Of a DNA stretch of 59,952 nt, positions 37,095 through 45,421 are shown piece after piece. The first letter of the stretch is position 1. Every line of letters begins with the position of its first letter. Under the pieces are notes generated by a model. The model worked only from the letters and a program-made list of their open reading frames with translations, made no database searches and was not told the DNA's origin. The translations under genes and the position numbers were made by a program. Source of the stretch: a virus (Duplodnaviria > Caudoviricetes); IMG/VR virus record IMGVR_UViG_3300020280_000003, positions 1-59,952 of that record; one strand, given 5' to 3'.

Positions 37095-37597
37095 CAGATC
37101 ATCTCCATAGATTGTTGTAGTTCTCTAGAGTGCTCCAACTCATCATTCAAGATCTCAAGGATCTTGTCATCATGCCCATTTAGAGCAAGATACTTTGCGT
37201 AAGTTTCTGCTGCATGAATCTCTACCTCGTAGGAGAGATGGTAAGCATAGCGAGGAGCCACCCAGTAATAAACCACATTGCTCCAATAGTAGATAAGAAC
37301 GAGGTGCTTGGCAACAAAGCGATCAATAAAATAACGGTTACCGCCCCGACTTTCCATGTATTCCAGATGTTCTGTTTCATTGACTGACTGCTCAAAGTGT
37401 TGTTTCATTAATTGTAGATGTTCAGGACCACGAAGTCCCATACTTTCACGAAAATGTAAGACACTCAGGAACGCAAAATAGGGTGCCCGAGCGATTTCCT
37501 CAAGCACCCAAAAGCGTTGATAATCTCTACCTTGGTAAAGAAAATCTAATATTGCAACAGTGATATCTAAAACAAACCTGTTGAGTGATTGCATCAT
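37094..37597 (-). CDS. ptox: Plastoquinol terminal oxidase (AOX/PTOX di-iron family)
   Basis: RFWVLEEIARAPYFAFLSVLH, NETEHL, EVEIHAAETY, DELEH; likely start at 37594 or 37597. Confidence 0.93.
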   Translation of the reverse strand: MMQSLNRFVLDITVAILDFLYQGRDYQRFWVLEEIARAPYFAFLSVLHFRESMGLRGPEHLQLMKQHFEQSVNETEHLEYMESRGGNRYFIDRFVAKHLVLIYYWSNVVYYWVAPRYAYHLSYEVEIHAAETYAKYLALNGHDDKILEILNDELEHSRELQQSMEMI

Positions 37598-37917
37598 TCC
37601 ACATGTACAGTACCGATCATGCCTGCACCTTTGTGAGGACCACACCAATAAGTATAGTCACCCGCTTCGGGGAATGCAACATCAAACTCTTCACCTGGCA
37701 TCATTGCCAGAGCTTCGTGACCTAAATCTGGGCGATCTTCCACAATCACATTGTGAGGTGGAAGCATGTTGTTGACGAAATGAACCGATTCTCCTGCAGC
37801 GATAGTAACTTCTGCTGGTTCAAAAACCAAGTTACCATCAGCACCCATCATTACATCAACTGCCCATGCTGGTGCTGCTAGAAATAGTGTAGCTAGAAGT
37901 GCGAAAAAGAACTTCAT
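37594..37917 (-). CDS. petE: Plastocyanin
   Basis: Signal peptide ending AWA; PHNV; Y.YWCGPHKGAGM copper ligands. Confidence 0.96.
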   Translation of the reverse strand: MKFFFALLATLFLAAPAWAVDVMMGADGNLVFEPAEVTIAAGESVHFVNNMLPPHNVIVEDRPDLGHEALAMMPGEEFDVAFPEAGDYTYWCGPHKGAGMIGTVHVE

Positions 37918-37935
37918 AAAACTTATACAACTATC

Positions 37936-38159
37936 TTATCTAGGTGGTTCAGGTGTCCCAATGTCCATCCGAAGCTTATTGTAACGTGGATTTGTCTTGA
38001 CTTCCTGACTTACCATTTCACCAAAGTCATCACAGCACTTACACCATTTCTTTCTCGCCTCTGGCGCACCTAAATCTTTTTTCGCCACAGAGATTCCCAC
38101 TCCCTCCAAAGGTCTGCACATTGATCGGATTTTTTCTGGAGGTGTGGTTCTCTGTACAC
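37936..38159 (-). CDS. Hypothetical protein split over two frames at A_AAA_AAG (candidate -1 frameshift, or 1-nt deletion)
   Basis: Frame 0 from GTG 38159: MYREPHLQKKSDQCADLWREWESLWRKKI-stop (38070). The -1 frame continues DLGAPEARKKWCKCCDDF...PPR to 37936. Confidence 0.55.
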
Positions 38160-38308
38160 TAGCCTGAGTTATTTTCTTCTTCGTAATACTGTAGTTTATC
38201 AATCAATTTTTCATATTGATCCCACATATATTCAGAACCTGTTTGGTCCTGATATGTTCTACATGCACGAATGAGTCTTGTTACGTCATCTGAGTTTAGT
38301 TTCATCAT
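38159..38308 (-). CDS. Small hypothetical protein (49 aa)
   Basis: Hand translation MMKLNSDDVTRLIRACRTYQDQTGSEYMWDQYEKLIDKLQYYEEENNSG. Confidence 0.7.
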   Translation of the reverse strand: MMKLNSDDVTRLIRACRTYQDQTGSEYMWDQYEKLIDKLQYYEEENNSG

Positions 38309-38343
38309 AGTAAAAACAGTCACTTATAATTATATAAAGTGTA

Positions 38344-38622
38344 TTAACAATTCCAAGCACGCAAAGATTTATTAATTCTAGAATCTTTATCGTTGGCAGT
38401 TTTCTTGGAAGTCAACTTCTTTTTCATGCCTTTCATTCGCGCACAAAAGCTTGCTCTACGAGGGTTCCCAACTTTTTTTGAAGGTGCCTTAAGATCGCTT
38501 CCTGGGTTTTCGCGCTCATACGACTTTCTACCTTTTTCATTTAGACCACCTGATTTTTTCTTACCTTCCTTTCTTGTCCATGCAGACTCAGAAAGTTCTT
38601 TCATTTCTCTGTACGATTTCAT
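38344..38622 (-). CDS. Conserved basic hypothetical phage protein
   Basis: AWTRKEGKKKSGGLNEKGR...RRASFCARMKGM...SRINKSLRAWNC. Confidence 0.8.
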   Translation of the reverse strand: MKSYREMKELSESAWTRKEGKKKSGGLNEKGRKSYERENPGSDLKAPSKKVGNPRRASFCARMKGMKKKLTSKKTANDKDSRINKSLRAWNC

Positions 38623-38633
38623 GAGACCACAGA

Positions 38634-39353
38634 TTAATCTGTAGTATTTATCTTTCTACCTTCATAATGCCAAGCAGGAATACCAGGCCAATTAGTCAAA
38701 ACTGATACGTTAGTTGAAAGAACATATCTAGGATTGTCTGTAGAATTAGATTCTGTTTTATGAGTTAACCAACCAGGAAAAAATAAAACATCATTAGTCT
38801 CTACTTCAATAGGTCCCCAATAACTGTGATCTTTACCAAGAGGTTCAGAACATTTATATGGTCTAAGAGGATTTTCAATTAAAAGATTTCCACTATCTTT
38901 TGGAACTTCTAAGTATCCTGCAATTGCAATACACGCATTTTGATGGTGGTGTGCTTCAGTCCATCCTCCTTTTCTATGAACATTAATCCATGAATCTGAG
39001 ACACTCATGTTTGTAGTAGGAGCACCATACCAAGTTTTCATTAAAAATGGAGTTACGTACTCAACAAATTTAAAAAACGTTTCAAACTCTTCCCAATTGT
39101 GTGGGATATCCCAATCTGATTTTATCCCATGATATTCTTGTGTGTTATTTAAATGCACTCCAGTAATAGCATCACCATTTTCTGGATCACTCCAACCAGT
39201 TTTTGTGGAAAATTCTTTTGATGCTTTTAAATATTCGTCTACTTTATCCTGAAACGATTTAAAATTAAAATTAAATTTTGTTTTATAAATGTATGCGGGA
39301 AACGCATCTATTCCCTCCATGAAATGATATTCATCGGGGTATTGAAAATCCAT
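38634..39353 (-). CDS. Putative 2OG-Fe(II) oxygenase (HxH...FPGWLxH type)
   Basis: SWINV...EAHHH...YLEVPKDSGNL...LFFPGWLTHKT...RYVLSTN. Confidence 0.8.
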   Translation of the reverse strand: MDFQYPDEYHFMEGIDAFPAYIYKTKFNFNFKSFQDKVDEYLKASKEFSTKTGWSDPENGDAITGVHLNNTQEYHGIKSDWDIPHNWEEFETFFKFVEYVTPFLMKTWYGAPTTNMSVSDSWINVHRKGGWTEAHHHQNACIAIAGYLEVPKDSGNLLIENPLRPYKCSEPLGKDHSYWGPIEVETNDVLFFPGWLTHKTESNSTDNPRYVLSTNVSVLTNWPGIPAWHYEGRKINTTD

Positions 39354-39380
39354 AATTTAGTTGCTCACAATAATATTTAT

Positions 39381-39788
39381 CTACCGTTTACCACCGCCCA
39401 TATCCTTAAGCATCTTCTGCAACTCTGCTGTACTACCAACAAACATAGCATTATTAGTGACCGTCTTAGGTCCTTTCTTTTCTTCGTCAAGATCTTTCAT
39501 TTTCTTATGGAGATCCTGTAGTTTCTCAGTCATGTCTGCAACGTGCTTCATTGCCGCTACAGCGACTTCATATGCTCTTGGGTGCCCTGACTCCTGAGCA
39601 ACCTCTAAAGCGCCTCTGACCGCCTCCTGACCCTGATCTATGAGTGAGTACAATTCACCACGGGTATACTCATAGTCCTTTGTACGGTCATCCTTATCCA
39701 CCTTAGGAGGAACTGGTTTACTTGGTTTGCTTTCTACAACCTCAGCATCAATGTTGAGGATGTCTTCCATGTTTTCTTCTAAACTCAT
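39381..39788 (-). CDS. gp16: Terminase small subunit
   Basis: DYEYTRGELY, HPRAYEV, NNAMFVGSTAELQK. Confidence 0.93.
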   Translation of the reverse strand: MSLEENMEDILNIDAEVVESKPSKPVPPKVDKDDRTKDYEYTRGELYSLIDQGQEAVRGALEVAQESGHPRAYEVAVAAMKHVADMTEKLQDLHKKMKDLDEEKKGPKTVTNNAMFVGSTAELQKMLKDMGGGKR

Positions 39789-40582
39789 AAGAACTCCATA
39801 CCTTCATTGAATCCAAAGTCATCGGATGCAGTTACAAACTGATCATCCGCAGCATCAACTTGTCCGTCTTGGTTATAGTCAACTGTTGCCTTAGGTGTGT
39901 AAGACAATTCAACATGTCTCTTATTGACATTAAGATCGCCAATAGTTTCAATGACACGTGCCTTACGGATAACGTCTGCCTTGGTGTAAGGACCATAGAT
40001 GTAAGACTTGGCAGTAAATGATAGAGTATATGTAATAGACCTTCTTGTAGTGAAGTCATCTTCCCAATCGTCTTCCATATTCACGCTGTTCAAAACAAAC
40101 GCAACATCTCTAATCTCATCCATGTCTGGAATGAACTTAATACTAACGTTCAAGGATGGTTGAAAGAACGGAAGAATTTGTTCTAAGATCTGCAGACCAT
40201 CGTCTTGGGACTTAGCAATGATGCCAACTTCAAACCCAATGTTATATGGAACAGGAACGTATTGAGTTCTTACTTCATTCCCATCGTCGTCAATTACTGC
40301 TCTATATTTTTGTGTTGCTGCTGTCTTTCTTGTGCTATCGTAGTCAATACTTGACATCTCAAAATAAATTCTTGGTAGAGTGATTGCTACTTTTCTACCA
40401 TCAGAGGGGTTACCCTGAAGTCTATAAAGAAACTTCTGTTTAGGACCATAAGCGAGAGGGACTTTTTCAGTCTCAATCGTTTGACCATCAACAGTCTTCT
40501 TCAATTCAATGTTGTTGAATAGTGTTCCGAAAGCGATTACTGTTTTCCTAACCGCTTCGTTATAAAATTGTGTTCCTAACAT
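39785..40582 (-). CDS. gp15: Tail sheath stabiliser/completion protein
   Basis: FGTLFNNI, VPLAYGPKQKF, EQILPFFQP. Confidence 0.94.
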   Translation of the reverse strand: MLGTQFYNEAVRKTVIAFGTLFNNIELKKTVDGQTIETEKVPLAYGPKQKFLYRLQGNPSDGRKVAITLPRIYFEMSSIDYDSTRKTAATQKYRAVIDDDGNEVRTQYVPVPYNIGFEVGIIAKSQDDGLQILEQILPFFQPSLNVSIKFIPDMDEIRDVAFVLNSVNMEDDWEDDFTTRRSITYTLSFTAKSYIYGPYTKADVIRKARVIETIGDLNVNKRHVELSYTPKATVDYNQDGQVDAADDQFVTASDDFGFNEGMEFL

Positions 40583-41988
40583 TAGAAGCTACCTGTAAAA
40601 TTACCAAACTCACCGAAGGGGTTTCTTTCACCCCAGTCAATAATATCGTCCGCACCATCTTCTATTGATTGATTTTGATCAAACTCAGTGCTTGTGTTAT
40701 TAATAGTTGAGAATGTTCCTAGTGTATATATCGCATTAGATTCAACGCCTCTGATGAGATCGCCATCTAAGAAGTTGCCAGTGCGATTCATTACTTCTAG
40801 GGTATAGTCAACTCCATTCCAATCTGCAACCTCAGCGATTGTTGCGCTATCTAGATCAAACATCTGTGCTCTCTGACCGCTAGTAACGGTCTCAGTGTAT
40901 GCATTAATTACATACTTCAGATTTGCTGAGTCATAATAAAAATGTCCTGGCACAGTTGTTGCATCCGTGCCATTAAATGTATAGACATAGGAGATTCTAC
41001 TATCTTCAAATTTCCAATAGTAGTATTTTTTCTGTGTAGTAGTTGCATAGTTAGGATCAAACCCACCAAGTGCAGTTACTTCAATGACACCATTAGATGA
41101 TGTCCATGTTCTACTACCACTCTGTTGTACCATTCCACCGATAACAACATGCTCATCTTTAATAAACTGAACTGCTTCTGGTGGAGCTTCAATAGTTAGT
41201 ACGGGTGGATTTGCTGGACTATATCCAACTCCAGGATTTACAACAGACAATGACACTACACCACCATCTTCAATAGTAGATTCAATAATACCACCTGTTC
41301 CTCCTCCACCAGTAATACTTACAGAAGGTGCCGTATTATATCCAGTTCCTGCTAGCGTTACAGTTGCTCCAGATATACCGCCGCTAGAATCAACGGCAAT
41401 TGTTCCAGTTGCTTGCTGTCTGGTAGTAAGACCAAGATTAAGGGTTGTGATGTTACTGAAATCTCTTTCAATATCGTCAATCTCGTCAATTCCTGTGTCA
41501 AACTTGTCTGCTCCTTGCTCGTAGAGTTCAGCAGTAAGAATATAAAAATACTGTTTGCCCAGTTGGAAGAATGGTTGTTCTCGTTCAACGTATTTGATTT
41601 CGTAAATATCTTCTGTTAGAGGATAATAAACTAGATCGCCTTCGTTAGGTCTACCATCTACTGATAAATTTAAAGCAGGGTTAGCAGACTGTTCCCATCG
41701 TCTACGGGAAACAACGAAAGTAATTTCATCGGTGATTCTCAGTCCGAACTTACTAACAAATTCTGAACCTGCACCAAAACCTTCTACATTAACCAACATC
41801 ATTTCAATCATATAACTTTGATTGAATTCTGATTGGATAACTTCTCCAAGAGTTTTATCTTTTATGCTGACTCTAGGTATATAAAATACATCAGCACCAA
41901 ACAACTTGATTTGCTCGTCCACGAGATCTTGTACGAGATTCTGTTCGGTTCTGTTACCGCCATTTTGTGGGAAGTAAACCTTTTTCAT
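40582..41988 (-). CDS. gp14: Neck protein (head completion), with internal insertion
   Basis: EQIKLFG.DVFYIPR, SKFGL, RPNEGDLVY, NPFG. Confidence 0.92.
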   Translation of the reverse strand: MKKVYFPQNGGNRTEQNLVQDLVDEQIKLFGADVFYIPRVSIKDKTLGEVIQSEFNQSYMIEMMLVNVEGFGAGSEFVSKFGLRITDEITFVVSRRRWEQSANPALNLSVDGRPNEGDLVYYPLTEDIYEIKYVEREQPFFQLGKQYFYILTAELYEQGADKFDTGIDEIDDIERDFSNITTLNLGLTTRQQATGTIAVDSSGGISGATVTLAGTGYNTAPSVSITGGGGTGGIIESTIEDGGVVSLSVVNPGVGYSPANPPVLTIEAPPEAVQFIKDEHVVIGGMVQQSGSRTWTSSNGVIEVTALGGFDPNYATTTQKKYYYWKFEDSRISYVYTFNGTDATTVPGHFYYDSANLKYVINAYTETVTSGQRAQMFDLDSATIAEVADWNGVDYTLEVMNRTGNFLDGDLIRGVESNAIYTLGTFSTINNTSTEFDQNQSIEDGADDIIDWGERNPFGEFGNFTGSF

Positions 41989-42788
41989 CCGATCATATCC
42001 ATGGGGGGCAATTCATACGTGCTACTGGATTTCTCCATTAGCAAAGCAATTTCTTTTTCTGCATCATCATATAACTGTCTGCCATTCATACTGACACCAC
42101 CAGGAAGTTGGATACCATTGAATTTAATTAAGTTCTGTCCCCATTGACGCTTGATCAATGCAGTGGTATATTTCTTGACAAACGGATCGTTGTAGACTTG
42201 AGTAAACGTTTCAGGATCAAGTGCTCTATAGCAATCAATAATCACGAATACATCTTCATCAAGCATGTCTTTACCGACATCAAGATATAATCTATCTTGA
42301 CGTTGATTGAATCTATACTGAACAAACGATCCATTGTTCAGAACCATATCAATAGTTTCCATCCACTGCTTAACCATATAATAGTTAAGCATGTCAAGAG
42401 AACCGACCGCATATAGATCGTTTAGAAAGATTTGATATTCAATACCAAATAGATTGTTTCTAATTGCATTACTTGCAAGTCCAAAAACTCTAGAGATACC
42501 CATGACATGAGGTGGGATATCAATGTATCTATTTCTTTCTTCCCAATCAGTTCCGTTGACCGTAGTTATAGTATCGGAAGTTTCAAACTTTGTTTCATCT
42601 GCAGCAGTAAACAGATGCTTGAGATACATATGCTCAACACCATCGTAATGACGCTCTCTATAATACTGCAAAGCATCATCAATGGCGTCATCAACCTGAT
42701 CGTCATCTACGTTGATTTCCAGAACTGGGAACCCTAATTGTCTTAAACAGTAGTCCCTTAGCTCGGACCTGCTAGAAGGTTGAGCCAT
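41985..42788 (-). CDS. gp13: Neck protein
   Basis: YCLRQLGFPVLEINVDDDQ, KRQWGQNLIKF.GIQLPGGV. Confidence 0.95.
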   Translation of the reverse strand: MAQPSSRSELRDYCLRQLGFPVLEINVDDDQVDDAIDDALQYYRERHYDGVEHMYLKHLFTAADETKFETSDTITTVNGTDWEERNRYIDIPPHVMGISRVFGLASNAIRNNLFGIEYQIFLNDLYAVGSLDMLNYYMVKQWMETIDMVLNNGSFVQYRFNQRQDRLYLDVGKDMLDEDVFVIIDCYRALDPETFTQVYNDPFVKKYTTALIKRQWGQNLIKFNGIQLPGGVSMNGRQLYDDAEKEIALLMEKSSSTYELPPMDMIG

Positions 42789-42823
42789 AAAAAAATACCC
42801 CTAGTTTCCTAGGGGTATTTATA
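42789..42823 (-). terminator. Terminator hairpin fused with a TATAAATA late promoter
   Basis: Minus strand reads TATAAATACCCCTAG-GAAA-CTAGGGGTATTTTTTT-ATG(gp13). Confidence 0.75.
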
Positions 42824-42837
42824 ATTCCTAATGGCGA

Positions 42838-43380
42838 TCAGAAATCTAGTGTTACTCCTGCCATATGTGAAGTGCTCCAATCTTCATCCCATACCTCCAC
42901 TTCTTCAAGTGTTGGATTACCAGCGAGGAAAGTTTCAAACTCAGCTTCTTTAGCATTGTTAGCATCTCTCAAACCTTGTCTGAATTGTGCAACCTTTAAT
43001 CTTCTGGTAGTAACACCTTCAAGTAAATCTTGCTCTTCAGCTCTTTCCATCCTCCACATTTGGAGTTCTAGATTCTCCCACACCTGAGTTTTAATTCTGT
43101 CCTTTTTATGTGCAATATGATATTGTCTTCTAGCTTCCCTTGCTTCTTCTGCTAACAAAATATTTTGCTCAGCAAGAGTTTTCCCTGGGAATCTCATTAC
43201 AACAGATGTTTTATCATCTGAAAGAGTTAATGATTCAATCGTCTCAGTAGAAAGATCTAGATCATACTCAAGAATAACACTTGGTTCATCAGGAGTCTCA
43301 CCCTCTAGAGGGTGAGTCTCATAAACACCAATTACTCTATATTCACCTGCGGGTGTGGTTGTGAAGTGTAAAAATGCCAT
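42838..43380 (-). CDS. Putative tail-fibre assembly chaperone, copy B
   Basis: FRQGLRD Tfa-like motif; paralog of 44919..45413 (MAFL, LSDD, FPGKTL.EQ). Confidence 0.6.
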   Translation of the reverse strand: MAFLHFTTTPAGEYRVIGVYETHPLEGETPDEPSVILEYDLDLSTETIESLTLSDDKTSVVMRFPGKTLAEQNILLAEEAREARRQYHIAHKKDRIKTQVWENLELQMWRMERAEEQDLLEGVTTRRLKVAQFRQGLRDANNAKEAEFETFLAGNPTLEEVEVWDEDWSTSHMAGVTLDF

Positions 43381-43398
43381 TGGTATCTTTTATCCTAT

Positions 43399-44874
43399 TT
43401 ATTCTGTGAACTGAGTACTGAACAGTGATGTATTATATAGTGCAGGGACGATCGTAGGATATCCAGTGCTGTTGCCAGGAGTATCTAGTAACCATGTAGA
43501 CCAGTTGTTATCCATTTGAGACCAATTATCTCCATTATTATGTTTAGCAAACATATTTGGCATTTCATAAACTTGGAAATAAAGACCTGGATCATCCTTG
43601 TTATGAGAATATGACCAGAACATATTGTTCTTACCAATTGGACATGGTTGTCTGCCATGATTACTATCTGTATTGTAGAAACGACCCCACTTACCATCAG
43701 AAACTCTGATGCAAATCCAATAAATTCCAGATCCGTAATAGTACGATGGACACCATGCCCAGAAGTATTCACCGTCACTGGATACCTGCCATCTAGAACC
43801 AAATCTACCATCGGTTCCTTGCTCGTAACCATAGCTAGTTGTCCAGCTTTGTTCCCAAACACGTCCTTGGTAATTTCCACTAGCATCCCATTGCTCTAGA
43901 CATGCTCCCCAACTAGGAAGCATAGTAAATGTAAATACCTGTCCATCATCGCAAATTACTGGTTGAGTTCTATATCTAGATTCCTCAGTACCAGAATACT
44001 CATTATACAATCTAGTATTTGCTCTTTCATAAACGGTATACTTACCATTATTACTAGATGGATTAAAGAAGTCATAAAGAACACCACTATTTCTACTATA
44101 TGCATTATATGCTTCACCACTACCAATAGCATGGTCTGGTGTATAACTTCCAGATAAAGCATATGCTCTTAAATCTGGAGCATTGTGGAATACTACTGGT
44201 TCATGCTTTCCCTCACCATTGGTATGCATGATAAGAACTTTTTTAGTCTTGGCGTTGTAGCACATCCCGCCATGATGACAATCTTGAGAATCTGCACCTT
44301 TATTTTGTGCATTATAAGTAAAATAATCTCTACTAGTTGATCTGCTGTTATAGTAGATAGCAGTACTTCTTTGTCCAAGTCTAATATAAGAACCAGAACC
44401 AGTTCTTTCTGACCACCACGCCCAGTCTTGGTTAATATCACCAACGATTACGTTATTATCTCTAAAACCTTGTGGGTTGTAAGATTGTCTTGAAGGATCT
44501 CCATATAACCAACCAGCAGTTTTAGAATACTCTGTAATTGAAGGTTGGAAACAGTGTCCTAGATAACCTACATTACAAGTATTAGAACAACACTCTGAGT
44601 TTGATGATGGGTGTGATGTAGTCTCTCTATATTGATTACCCGCCCACTCATTCATAAATTCAGGAGAATAACTACTATAAGTCCTGTATCTATTATAAGC
44701 ATAATCACCATCACCTTGGTGTTGTGCGTAGCACTCTAGATCATGGTCAAAAGCAATCCACCCACCACCATACACATTGTATTGCATGGTAAATACCGAG
44801 AAAGCAGGTTGCTTATATGGGTTCTCAGTTTTTGAATTAACCGTTGCTGGTTTAGTCGTAATTGTTCTTGCCAT
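43399..44874 (-). CDS. Putative fibre tip/receptor-binding protein, copy B
   Basis: Rich in Y/W/G/S/N; paralog of 45422..46906 (shared SWTTSYG.EQG, RWQVSSDG, SYYYG, IRVSDGK, YxTSLFS). Confidence 0.6.
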   Translation of the reverse strand: MARTITTKPATVNSKTENPYKQPAFSVFTMQYNVYGGGWIAFDHDLECYAQHQGDGDYAYNRYRTYSSYSPEFMNEWAGNQYRETTSHPSSNSECCSNTCNVGYLGHCFQPSITEYSKTAGWLYGDPSRQSYNPQGFRDNNVIVGDINQDWAWWSERTGSGSYIRLGQRSTAIYYNSRSTSRDYFTYNAQNKGADSQDCHHGGMCYNAKTKKVLIMHTNGEGKHEPVVFHNAPDLRAYALSGSYTPDHAIGSGEAYNAYSRNSGVLYDFFNPSSNNGKYTVYERANTRLYNEYSGTEESRYRTQPVICDDGQVFTFTMLPSWGACLEQWDASGNYQGRVWEQSWTTSYGYEQGTDGRFGSRWQVSSDGEYFWAWCPSYYYGSGIYWICIRVSDGKWGRFYNTDSNHGRQPCPIGKNNMFWSYSHNKDDPGLYFQVYEMPNMFAKHNNGDNWSQMDNNWSTWLLDTPGNSTGYPTIVPALYNTSLFSTQFTE

Positions 44875-44918
44875 TATTGAATCTCAATGGTGGTGTTCTT
44901 TCTTGATATAATTATTTA

Positions 44919-45413
44919 TCAAAATCCTGCTGGATCAAAAGCATCAACTTCTTCTTGAGTAGTTAGTGCCTCTAACGCAGCGACATGATTATTATTAGCA
45001 ACTCTAATTGCTTCTCTTTCTGCATAATAAGCTGCCATGGCATTTGTATTACCATTAATTAAATCAAGATCAGTTGCTTTATCTTTCTTCCACTTCATCT
45101 CCTTCAATCTTTCATTGCAATGATCACCAATCAATCCTCTTTTATTTGCCTTGCAAATATCAAAATGGAGTGTTGCTTTTTCTTGAGCAATAAGATCTCT
45201 TTGTTCCTCAAGTGTTTTTCCTGGAAACTTTCTAACTAGACTGTTTCCATCGTCAGACAATTTAAATGCAGCTGCAAAATCAGCAGATGCATCAAAATCT
45301 GCTACTTCAAAAACTCTATTTCCTGGTCTACCAGGATCGTTTAAACAATCCTCGGTAGACTCATAAGGTCCGATAACATCGTTATCTTGGGGTCTGTAAA
45401 CTAGAAATGCCAT
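44919..45413 (-). CDS. Putative tail-fibre assembly chaperone, copy A
   Basis: REAIR...ALTTQEEVDAFD C-terminus; paralog of 42838..43380. Confidence 0.6.
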   Translation of the reverse strand: MAFLVYRPQDNDVIGPYESTEDCLNDPGRPGNRVFEVADFDASADFAAAFKLSDDGNSLVRKFPGKTLEEQRDLIAQEKATLHFDICKANKRGLIGDHCNERLKEMKWKKDKATDLDLINGNTNAMAAYYAEREAIRVANNNHVAALEALTTQEEVDAFDPAGF

Positions 45414-45421
45414 TGCTTTAA

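Noticed and set aside
38083-38202. N-terminal half of the 88-aa ORF call 37936-38202
   Set aside because: It overlaps two better-coupled ORFs (38159-38308 and 38070-38159). Only its C-terminal half looks coding.
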